NCBI GenBank assembly: GCA_964414045.1
Contig: CAYPVA010000001.1
Location: forward strand, 1 to 49,498
From: an uncultured Lishizhenia sp.
Lineage (GTDB): Bacteria > Bacteroidota > Bacteroidia > Flavobacteriales_D > Crocinitomicaceae
DNA length: 49,498 nucleotides
Direction: 5' to 3'
A model generated the notes under the pieces. That model was given only the letters and a program-made list of their open reading frames with translations. It was not told the origin of the DNA and searched no databases. The translations under genes were made by a program, and so were the position numbers. Each line of letters opens with the position of its first letter. Positions within the stretch are counted from its first letter, which is position 1. Shown one piece after another: positions 28,179 to 36,433 of this stretch.

Positions 28179-28562
28179 ATGTCAGACAAATCATTCATTT
28201 ACGATCAGCACCAGGAAAACCAAGATTGGCTGAAACGTTTAGATTTTTACAAAGAAGAAATTCAAATTTTACGTGAAAGACTAGAAGAGCTCACGCGTAA
28301 AAATACAGACCCGCAATTTTTGAAGTCCGTTGAGCATTTCCAAAATCAATTTTTGATTCAGAGAAACCACATCGACGAATTAGCTCATGATATTCGCATG
28401 AACGAAGGGAAATTAGTTCATGAAATCCTACAGAATCCTGTAGCCGTTGATCATCGAAAGGTCGAAAGCCATAATGCAGAGGCCGACTTCATGGATTTTT
28501 TCGAAAAGAACTTCGCTTCAACAAGAGCAGAATTTAATCAGATGGCATCCAAATGGATGTAG
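28179..28562 (+). CDS. Hypothetical small helical (coiled-coil-like) cytoplasmic protein
   Basis: 127 aa, no signal peptide, heptad-like EEIQILRERLEELTRKN. No motif recognised. Confidence 0.5.
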   Translation: MSDKSFIYDQHQENQDWLKRLDFYKEEIQILRERLEELTRKNTDPQFLKSVEHFQNQFLIQRNHIDELAHDIRMNEGKLVHEILQNPVAVDHRKVESHNAEADFMDFFEKNFASTRAEFNQMASKWM

Positions 28563-28566
28563 GATT

Positions 28567-29994
28567 TTAGAGAATAACTTTTTGGGACCTTCCTGCTTGA
28601 TTTTTTAGAAAGTAAATGCCTTTAGTCAAATTTTTGATGGGAATGCGTTGCTTACCTTCATCAAATATAAAGGAGGCTTCTAACTGACCCATAGTGTTCA
28701 ATAGGTCAAGTTGTAGTGTATTTTCACACATGATGTAGATGAATTCAGCATCTTGGCCTAATAACTTCCAATTGGTTAGATTTAAATTTTCAAGACCTGC
28801 TCCACCATCTAGGTTGATTTTCACGATGTAATCCAACACATTGGCACAAGAGTCATCATATATCGCATAATTGACCAATCCGCGGGTAATGTCGTCATAG
28901 CCATCCAAGATCAGGTTTTCGATGTAAGTAGAGTCTTGGGAGCAAAAACAATTGGCATTCACCTGGAAATTCTTGTCAGTGAGATTTTGTAAATTGTAAG
29001 AAGCGTTGAAACAAATGCTATTATTCTCAATTAGGGTAGAGTTAGGGCTGTAGGCTATGACAGCAACACCAATATTGTTATTATTGATAGTGTTATTGGT
29101 GAGAATTCCGTTATCACCAAGTTTGACAGCAATGTCATTGTTTTCAAAAACACAAGCAGTGATGTTATCAGATCCAGTATTGTCAATTGCTACACCGTTT
29201 CCTTCGAAGTAACAATTCTGAATGGTATGCCCAAAACCTTCAGCAAAAGCAAAGTCATTGTCAATAAATTGACAATTAGAAACCATTCCTGGTGAACCAA
29301 CAATGTTGTTTCCATTTCCTTGAAACAAGCAATTGGTTACACTGATGAATTGTGCCCATGTGAAAGAACAGAAATTATTGATGAACTGACAATTATTGGC
29401 TGTTAGAGAGCCAGTGATAATTTGAGCAGCTTGTCCAACTCCATTTCCTTCAAATAAACAGCCTTCATAAACCATATTAGCATTCAATTGAACGCCGTAA
29501 TTGTTGTTTTTAAACTGACAGTTGGTCCAATCGTAGCTCACACCAGGTTGAGCGATATCATTTGCGATTCCGTAGTAGCTATCATGCAACCTGAAGCGAT
29601 CCAGTTGAACATTTCCGCCTTGCGACCCCTTAATATTGATACCATACCAAGTTTGTTGTCCGGGTATGCTGACATCGGTAGTTTTAAAAGTAATTGGCGC
29701 TGAATCGGTACCGATAGCAATGAGCGTTCCTCTCACTTCTAGGTATCGCAAGTTTCCAGTATTGAAAGAATAATCAGGAGTTACTTTGACTTCGACACCT
29801 GGTTCAATCGTTAAAGTCACTCCAGGAAAAACAACCATTGAGCCAGTCATGAGGTAAGGGCTATTTGCTGCGGTCCAAGTAGTATTTTGGTAAATACCGC
29901 CTGACACAGTGGTTTGGGAAAACAAATTTGCGAATACCAAAAGGAAGCATAATAGTAGCGTATATTTCATTTTGCTAAGTTTATTTTTATTCAT
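28567..29994 (-). CDS. Right-handed parallel beta-helix repeat protein with a T9SS C-terminal sorting domain
   Basis: Signal peptide, then at least 8 repeats of about 22 aa of the form nC-F-xNN/GNG (NCQFKNNNYG, GCLFEGNGVG, NCQFINNFCS, NCLFQGNGNN, NCQFIDNDFA, NCYFEGNGVA, ACVFENNDIA). The CTD ends KGIYFLKNQAGRSQKVIL. An alternative start is the ATG at 29970. Confidence 0.75.
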   Translation of the reverse strand: MNKNKLSKMKYTLLLCFLLVFANLFSQTTVSGGIYQNTTWTAANSPYLMTGSMVVFPGVTLTIEPGVEVKVTPDYSFNTGNLRYLEVRGTLIAIGTDSAPITFKTTDVSIPGQQTWYGINIKGSQGGNVQLDRFRLHDSYYGIANDIAQPGVSYDWTNCQFKNNNYGVQLNANMVYEGCLFEGNGVGQAAQIITGSLTANNCQFINNFCSFTWAQFISVTNCLFQGNGNNIVGSPGMVSNCQFIDNDFAFAEGFGHTIQNCYFEGNGVAIDNTGSDNITACVFENNDIAVKLGDNGILTNNTINNNNIGVAVIAYSPNSTLIENNSICFNASYNLQNLTDKNFQVNANCFCSQDSTYIENLILDGYDDITRGLVNYAIYDDSCANVLDYIVKINLDGGAGLENLNLTNWKLLGQDAEFIYIMCENTLQLDLLNTMGQLEASFIFDEGKQRIPIKNLTKGIYFLKNQAGRSQKVIL

Positions 29995-30092
29995 TAAATA
30001 AGTGGGTTTTACAGACCTCGTCTATTTAAAACAAGCAAATTGTAATTTGGTTGTCCGAGTGCATCAAAATCTGTCATTAATTTTTTTTATAA

Positions 30093-30130
30093 CAAAAAAA
30101 AGAGGGCAAGCCTGTGGCTTGCCCTCTTTT
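30093..30130 (-). terminator. Strong symmetric (bidirectional-type) terminator closing the endonuclease operon
   Basis: A8, then AGAGGGCAAGCC-TGT-GGCTTGCCCTCT (12-bp perfect stem), then TTT. It begins 19 nt past the stop at 30149. Confidence 0.85.
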
Positions 30131-30148
30131 AGATATTCACTTGAGATT

Positions 30149-32410
30149 TTATTCAATCACAAATTCGCGTTTAACTGAACCATGAATTGTTTCAACATTG
30201 ATGTAATAAACACCAGCTTTCAAATCTGAAGTATTGTATTCTAGAACAGGTAATTTGATATCGCTTTCACTAGCAATCTGACGACCTTGAATATCAACAA
30301 TGTTGTATGCAACGATGTCAAGACCGTTTACTTGTGCGTAAAGTTTTGCGCTTGTAGGTACAGGGAAAACTGAAAAATTAACAGCCAATTGCTCTTCTAC
30401 ACCCATGTCGCAGTTCAAGTAGCTCATGTTCGCAAAATTGACATGGCAAGCAAAATGTGTTGAATCTATGTAAGGATTGCGATTCCCCTGAAGTACGGCA
30501 ACATATTCGTGGCGCGCAATTTCGTAGTTGTCCGGTAAGTCATTAAAATGCCATGTTTTCAATGACTCTTGACTTTGATTGGCAGGTAATTGCCAGTTAT
30601 TTCCAGACACGCCGTTGTAACAGGTAGCCATGTAGAATATAGAGCGAGCCGCATTTCCTTTTTGTTCAGGGCGTGGTTCATATACCAATTGGTTTCCTGA
30701 GTATCCAACACGTCCTCCTAAATAGGTGAAGACAACATTGCCATCAATATCCATTAACGGAAGATTACTACGCGGTGTGTTGGCTTGTTGCAGGTTTGTA
30801 GGCCATAGGTTATGTTGGTCGTTGTATTCAGGTTCTTCGGGATTGTCACATGGGAAAGTTGGCATCCAAGAATGTGAGTAGGTATGCTCTCTTGAATAAC
30901 CAGTAGATGTCCATGTAAATGGATCGTTGAAAACTTTGCGCTCTCCTGAATAAACACATAGTACATATGATTGGCCATTTGTTGTGTCTCGCACTTCATA
31001 CTGTGTAGCCATTGTGGTCAGGTAATTGTAGTAAGAAATGGAAGTGTGAGGGTTGATCAAAGCACTCAAATCTGTTAGGAAGCTAGATGATCCGGATTGA
31101 ATACCTGCATAATAGTTACCGATTTGTTGACCTTGACTTGTCACATTTCCTGTAGCAGGATTTGTGGTTTTGTAATTTTGATATCCATTTGGCCCATTAA
31201 ATGCATACACAGCGAAGTGGTAGTTGTTGTTGGCTTCAATATGACGCGGCGTAAATGCAGTACCGGCACCGATGTAGGCTACCTTTGCATTTCCGATGAC
31301 ATCACCTCTTTTGTAGGTTGTTCCGTCAATTGGAAGTCCAGCTACAGGGCCTCCAATGCGCCATAATACAATGTAGTTTTCTGCTGTAACTGCAGGGTAT
31401 TCACCTGCTAAAGTATATGCTTTAACCAGTGGAAAAGTAATGCTTGCCGGATTAGAGGCTGGCTCTGTTGCGAGGTTGTTTGTCCCGATGCCATAAAGGT
31501 TGATGATGTATGGATTTTCATCGGTATCATCGTTGGCAAGTGAAAGCGTTGCCAAACGAGATCCAGGGCCACCTGCTGCATAATTGAGTGTAACCGTTTG
31601 TGTACTGTTCGGGCCAACGACTACATTGGCAGCGCAGCTGTAGTCTGCCGCGTTGGCACCAGTAAAGCTTGCTCCTGAAACGGTCAAATTTTGAACACCA
31701 TAATTTTCAATTGTTATTGTGGTAGCTGCAGCAGTACCAACTACATAAGTATCGCCTGTCAATACATTATTTCCGTTGATTTTTACATTGATTTCTCTGG
31801 CCGGCGCAACATAAGTAAACATGTCCGAAATGCTTCTTGGTATCAACTGATAATTTGTGTTGAACTGTCCCATCAGACCAATAATGCTAATTGGACCAGA
31901 TGGAATGGCAGAACCGTCAATATTTGTGGTGCCATTGATACGAACATCAAAAGTATTGGAACCATCAAAAATTTGCACGGTACTGTTTCCGGTAGCAAAG
32001 CTTCCTGTTTGTACGAAAGTCACGTTGTCAAAGCGAACAAGTTGTCCTTCGAGTGCCTCACCGGCACTCGGGATAGGAATGACAACTGGTGCGGGTTGTA
32101 CTGCGGCTTGACCATGGTTCGTAAATGAATTGGTTGGAGACAACTCAAGTAAACCATTGAATTCAAAAAGCACACCAACTGCAGTGATGGAGTCACCTTT
32201 GATAATTGTGTTCAGGTTTGAGCCATAGCAAGCAATACCTGCTGTGCCATCTTGAATGTAACGGATTGGCCCTAATTCACTTCCGTTCGTAACCACCCCA
32301 CTGACGGTAACGGTTTGTCCGATCCCGAGGTTGCGTACTTGTTCGATACTTTGAGCAAAGAGCTGCTGACCAAAGCAGAGCACTGCTAAACTGAATAATA
32401 GTTTTTTCAT
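30149..32410 (-). CDS. Multidomain secreted endonuclease I (EndA/Vvn family) with a T9SS C-terminal sorting domain
   Basis: Signal peptide MKKLLFSLAVLCFGQQLFAQ. The N-terminal OB-like module reads GQTVTVSGVVTNGSELGPIRYIQDGTAGI, followed by Ig-like and FN3-like modules. The endonuclease I core has REHTYSHSWMP, DQHNLWPTNLQQANTPRSN, KGNAARSIFYM and GNRNPYID. The CTD is KAGVYYINVETIHGSVKREFVIE. Confidence 0.85.
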   Translation of the reverse strand: MKKLLFSLAVLCFGQQLFAQSIEQVRNLGIGQTVTVSGVVTNGSELGPIRYIQDGTAGIACYGSNLNTIIKGDSITAVGVLFEFNGLLELSPTNSFTNHGQAAVQPAPVVIPIPSAGEALEGQLVRFDNVTFVQTGSFATGNSTVQIFDGSNTFDVRINGTTNIDGSAIPSGPISIIGLMGQFNTNYQLIPRSISDMFTYVAPAREINVKINGNNVLTGDTYVVGTAAATTITIENYGVQNLTVSGASFTGANAADYSCAANVVVGPNSTQTVTLNYAAGGPGSRLATLSLANDDTDENPYIINLYGIGTNNLATEPASNPASITFPLVKAYTLAGEYPAVTAENYIVLWRIGGPVAGLPIDGTTYKRGDVIGNAKVAYIGAGTAFTPRHIEANNNYHFAVYAFNGPNGYQNYKTTNPATGNVTSQGQQIGNYYAGIQSGSSSFLTDLSALINPHTSISYYNYLTTMATQYEVRDTTNGQSYVLCVYSGERKVFNDPFTWTSTGYSREHTYSHSWMPTFPCDNPEEPEYNDQHNLWPTNLQQANTPRSNLPLMDIDGNVVFTYLGGRVGYSGNQLVYEPRPEQKGNAARSIFYMATCYNGVSGNNWQLPANQSQESLKTWHFNDLPDNYEIARHEYVAVLQGNRNPYIDSTHFACHVNFANMSYLNCDMGVEEQLAVNFSVFPVPTSAKLYAQVNGLDIVAYNIVDIQGRQIASESDIKLPVLEYNTSDLKAGVYYINVETIHGSVKREFVIE

Positions 32411-32412
32411 AG

Positions 32413-35148
32413 TTAGAATTGTATTGCTAGATTGACATTGAAACGCAATCCTTGACCAAACATAACGGTGGCAGATTGTGCATTGAATTGATCATAGATG
32501 CCGTTTGCATTGTTAGTGGCATCAGATATAAAAGAGGTGTTTAGTAGATTCGTGACGGCTGCTCCAAAACTCATCTTTTTGTAGCGATAACCCGCAAAAA
32601 CATTGATTAAAGAATAAGAAGGAATTTTCCATGAATCGCGTCCACCATTGCTACCTTGTAATGAGAACGGATCGAAATTGGCGTAGTAGCGATCAAAAAA
32701 TTGACCTTGCATTTTGATATAACCATTTTTTATTGGTTCATAACGCAAAGCAGCAGCAAGTGCGGTTTGGGCGGCATCACCCACATGAACGCCTTTGGCA
32801 TCAAATGTGAATTCTAAAGAATCGTATTGTGGAATAAAGACTGTCTTGCTTGAATTCCAAATCCAATTACCATAGGAGAACATGAATTCAAACGATAATT
32901 TGGGAGTAATTTCCCAGGCCACATCGATTTCTTGCCCCAAGTGAATGGCATCCATGCCATTGATATTGACTCGGATGAATTCTGTAGGGTCATTGGGGTC
33001 TGGAACTGCTACACCGTAAGGAAACGGTTTGTTTTTCCAGTTCGTGAAGTAGGCATTGAAATTGACGCCAAAGTGCTTGTTGGTATAATGATAACCACCT
33101 TCAGCAGCATAGATGATTTCATTGACAATTTCACCAAAAAAGGAATTGGTATTGTTGTCAATTACATTTGAAAACTGCGGTGTTCGGTTCAAGTATCCTA
33201 AGTTGCAATAGATATCTTGAAACTTATTGAGTTTGTAGCTCAGTCCTGATTTGATGGTAATACCTGGAATATACTTCCAATCCGTGGCAAAATATGCTAA
33301 ACCTGCTGAACTCGCATTATAAACTTGACCGTTATAGGTAATTGTGTCAAGCGCGCCAATGCGCAAAATGGTATCGCCGAGGTCTAGCACTTTGCGTTGA
33401 AAATAATCTACGCCTTTGTATCCGTTAACAATGCTTGATACATTGACAAACCAATTCACCTTGTCACCACTGTGCTCGATTTGACCAAATAAACCAGCAT
33501 ATTGCACGATGCCATCTCGATCTGCATTAAAGGTGTTTTTGGCAATTTTGTCGCCAACGCGTTTCATTGGATTGGGGTCATTGAAATTGGCAGTGCTGAC
33601 AAAATAGTCGGCACCTAGAAGATTGGTAATGACTTGATAGTGACGCCCTTCATAATAACGGTAGTCAAGACCACCCGAAATAGCTGTTTTTTTGTTGTAT
33701 TGGTAGTTGAATTGTCCAAGATAGCCCAGCCAAAAATGATTGTTCATGCTGGCCAAAAGAATTTGACTGGCTTTGATTTCGGTCGGCGAATAGATCGGAT
33801 CAATGTTTGGGGTGCCAAATAGGGTATTTACTGTATTTTCTGTCACCATTTGATCCCAATCAATATTCATGTTGGAATCGCGAAGTATCGCTGATGAGTT
33901 AAAAATACTCGTGCCCCCTCCACGACCGATAGACAGGTATGCCAAGTTTGAAATGTCTAGTTTGTCATTGACTGACCAAAAATCTTTGAGTGTAATTTGC
34001 GGTTTGTTGTAAAAATTTTGACGCTCACTTAAAAATTCTTGACGACCTTCTTCATTTGTAATATAACCCCAGTGTTGGTTGTAACGAATACCTCGGTCAT
34101 TGAGAATGAGCGAAGAATCATATGGAATGCCTAATTCTTGAGCGCTGGTAGCATCCCAATATTGTATCGATTGATTGTAGGATCGTTGCCCGTGTTTTTG
34201 TGGCGCTGCAAAAGCAGAAAGCGTGAGCAGGTGGTTGTCAAGGCGTTTTGATATTTTAGCATAGCCAAAGTATCCTTGTGTAGGCGTGCCGTCTACCCAA
34301 CCTTGTCCTTGTTTGTAGGAGCCGGAGAAGGTGAGGCCCCATCCTGATTTGGTCATGCCCGTATTGTAGGAAAGCGAGCTGCGTAAGAAATTTCCTGTAG
34401 CAAATTCTTGTTTAAAAGTACCACCTTGCTTGGTTCCTACGCCTTGGGTAATGATGTTAATGGTACCGCCGATTGAAGGCATTGCAATTTTGGTAGCGCC
34501 GAGCCCACGTTGCACTTGCATTTGAGATGTAATGGCATCTAGGCCGAACCAGTTGGACCAATATACAGCGCCGTTTTCCATGTCATTGACAGGTACACCG
34601 TCAATCATAACGCCGACATTGCGTTGGTCAAAACCGCGGACATTGATGCGGGCATCGCCGTCACCGCCTCCCTGATTGGTGGCATAAACACCAGGTGTTC
34701 CGTTTAAAAGCATTGGTAAATCACGAGAGGCCAATTCCTCAGTGATTTTTTTAGTGTCAATTTTCGTAACTGCCACGGGAACATTCTGACCTCTTACGAG
34801 GTTGCCGATTACCCTAATTTCTTTTACTTCTTGAGTTTCCCCGATAGCAAAGTCTTGAACTACCATTGCTTTATTGAGCGTGATGTCATAGCGCAAAGTA
34901 TCTTGTAAGGGTAAAGTAAAGACCAGCTGATACTTGCCAAAAGGGATATTCTTGAATTCGTATTTACCTTCTTCGTTTGTGGCGGTACGGGCAATGTAAT
35001 CTTTACCACTGTAGAGTGTGATTTTTGCACCAGGAACCGTATTTTCACCGGGATTCATAGTGGCGGCACCTGAAATTGAACCAGTTTCTTGTGCGAGGAT
35101 TGTTTGGGTAAAAATTACCGAAAACAGGGACAATAAAAATAAACGCAT
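32413..35148 (-). CDS. TonB-dependent receptor with an N-terminal carboxypeptidase-regulatory-like domain; no SusD partner
   Basis: The signal peptide is followed by GAKITLYSGKDYIARTATNEEGKYEFKNIPFGKY (CarboxypepD_reg-like). The plug has LLNGTPGVYA...ARINVRGFDQRNVGVMIDGVPVND. A long barrel ends NVNLAIQF. Confidence 0.88.
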   Translation of the reverse strand: MRLFLLSLFSVIFTQTILAQETGSISGAATMNPGENTVPGAKITLYSGKDYIARTATNEEGKYEFKNIPFGKYQLVFTLPLQDTLRYDITLNKAMVVQDFAIGETQEVKEIRVIGNLVRGQNVPVAVTKIDTKKITEELASRDLPMLLNGTPGVYATNQGGGDGDARINVRGFDQRNVGVMIDGVPVNDMENGAVYWSNWFGLDAITSQMQVQRGLGATKIAMPSIGGTINIITQGVGTKQGGTFKQEFATGNFLRSSLSYNTGMTKSGWGLTFSGSYKQGQGWVDGTPTQGYFGYAKISKRLDNHLLTLSAFAAPQKHGQRSYNQSIQYWDATSAQELGIPYDSSLILNDRGIRYNQHWGYITNEEGRQEFLSERQNFYNKPQITLKDFWSVNDKLDISNLAYLSIGRGGGTSIFNSSAILRDSNMNIDWDQMVTENTVNTLFGTPNIDPIYSPTEIKASQILLASMNNHFWLGYLGQFNYQYNKKTAISGGLDYRYYEGRHYQVITNLLGADYFVSTANFNDPNPMKRVGDKIAKNTFNADRDGIVQYAGLFGQIEHSGDKVNWFVNVSSIVNGYKGVDYFQRKVLDLGDTILRIGALDTITYNGQVYNASSAGLAYFATDWKYIPGITIKSGLSYKLNKFQDIYCNLGYLNRTPQFSNVIDNNTNSFFGEIVNEIIYAAEGGYHYTNKHFGVNFNAYFTNWKNKPFPYGVAVPDPNDPTEFIRVNINGMDAIHLGQEIDVAWEITPKLSFEFMFSYGNWIWNSSKTVFIPQYDSLEFTFDAKGVHVGDAAQTALAAALRYEPIKNGYIKMQGQFFDRYYANFDPFSLQGSNGGRDSWKIPSYSLINVFAGYRYKKMSFGAAVTNLLNTSFISDATNNANGIYDQFNAQSATVMFGQGLRFNVNLAIQF

Positions 35149-35149
35149 A

Positions 35150-36211
35150 TTAGCGAATGATTACTTTATGAAGCGCTTGTTGGCCGTCAGTAAGTGTCAG
35201 TCGGATAAAGTAAACGCCTTGTAAAGCACTGAGGTCAAGTTCTAAGACCGCCTGACTAGGAGCAAGGTTGTATTCTTTTACCTGTTGACCTAGTGCAGAA
35301 ATTACTTGAGCTTTACGCACTTGGTTTTGTGTTTTGATGTAAACTAAACCGTTGCTTGGATTAGGGTAAATACTTGGGCTAATGTTCGCAGTTTCTTTGA
35401 CACTGTTTGCGTTGCAATCGCAGTTATGAGAACCTAAAGAAGTCCAGTTGCCGTCAAGGATTGGATTTCCTGAAGTACCATAGAGTGTATCTCCGTTGGC
35501 ATCGAGGCGAACAACTACTGCCGGAATGCTATCCCATTCTAGGAGTGGATCAAAGAAAGATGGGTTGCCAACTTGACCCTTTAAAACAGTTGCTTTACGG
35601 ATCATGCTGTGGTCTTTGGTGATCAGAACGCCAAGTCCAGTGCTGTACGGGAATTGACTAGACCAAGCACCGTCATTACCTGAGGCAGTCCCTGTTTCAT
35701 TTGCAGGGTTTTCTCCAATTTTTCCGAAGACGTCAACAATGGCAAAGCCAGCAACATTCGTGGCATTAATAACTGTAGTTGCACTTGCAGGTAGCGTACC
35801 TTTTGCGAGTAGGATAGCGTCGTTTCCATTCCAGTAGAACGCATTTGAAGTGTTGTAGTCTGGGCAATAAAAACCATCTGCACGGCCCTGAAGTGAATCC
35901 CAAACAGGTGCTTCTTGTCCTGTGCCATTTGGATCGAGTTTTTCTAATACCGCGACATACACTCCTTTTGCAGGGACCGTACCGTTGAGTTGAATGGAGT
36001 TAGCTACTGTAGCAGTGGTAGCACCATTCGAGTAGCGGCTCACAAAATAACCCGATAAATTGATCGGATTATTGGTTGGGTTGTAGATTTCAAGCGCCTT
36101 GTTGTTTGACCAACCCTCAACATATTCAGAAATGAATAGCTCGTTGCAATTGTTTTGAGCATAGAGGTTAGCACCAAGAATGAAAATAATAGAAAGTAGA
36201 GCTTGCTTCAT
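35150..36211 (-). CDS. Lamin-tail-domain (LTD) protein with a T9SS C-terminal sorting domain
   Basis: MKQALLSIIFILGANLYAQ signal peptide, LTD signature LFISEYVEGWSNNKALEIYNPTNNPINLSGY, and CTD YPNPSNGLVYI...LQGVYFIRLTLTDGQQALHKVIIR. The ATG at 36211 is preferred over the GTG at 36229. Confidence 0.8.
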   Translation of the reverse strand: MKQALLSIIFILGANLYAQNNCNELFISEYVEGWSNNKALEIYNPTNNPINLSGYFVSRYSNGATTATVANSIQLNGTVPAKGVYVAVLEKLDPNGTGQEAPVWDSLQGRADGFYCPDYNTSNAFYWNGNDAILLAKGTLPASATTVINATNVAGFAIVDVFGKIGENPANETGTASGNDGAWSSQFPYSTGLGVLITKDHSMIRKATVLKGQVGNPSFFDPLLEWDSIPAVVVRLDANGDTLYGTSGNPILDGNWTSLGSHNCDCNANSVKETANISPSIYPNPSNGLVYIKTQNQVRKAQVISALGQQVKEYNLAPSQAVLELDLSALQGVYFIRLTLTDGQQALHKVIIR

Positions 36212-36310
36212 GAGTTTAATTTTTATCACCGAGCATTTAGCTTTGAAAATTTGTAACTTTCTATGGTTTCGGCATCAAAGGAGCCTCAAGGAGGTCATAA
36301 AAAGTCTGAC

Positions 36311-36318
36311 ACAAATTT
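36311..36318 (-). promoter_or_regulatory. Candidate -7 box TAAATTTG for the LTD/TBDR/endonuclease operon; a second candidate TAGATTTG is at 36351-36358
   Basis: Plus-strand CAAATTTA and CAAATCTA. Either implies a leader of about 95-135 nt. Confidence 0.3.
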
Positions 36319-36433
36319 AGTGCTTTTCAATTAAATCAAAAAATCTGTTGTCAAATCTATTTTATCAAAAAGTTAAGTCCAAAGGAAGACGCCAATTTTA
36401 AACTATGTATCTTAGGGGCAAAATAAATTTACT

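Noticed and set aside
30036-30049. Palindrome CAAATT-GT-AATTTG upstream of the beta-helix gene, as a candidate operator.
   Set aside because: It is short and AT-rich in an AT-rich spacer, it occurs once, and no partner regulator is nearby. That is too weak to report as a finding.
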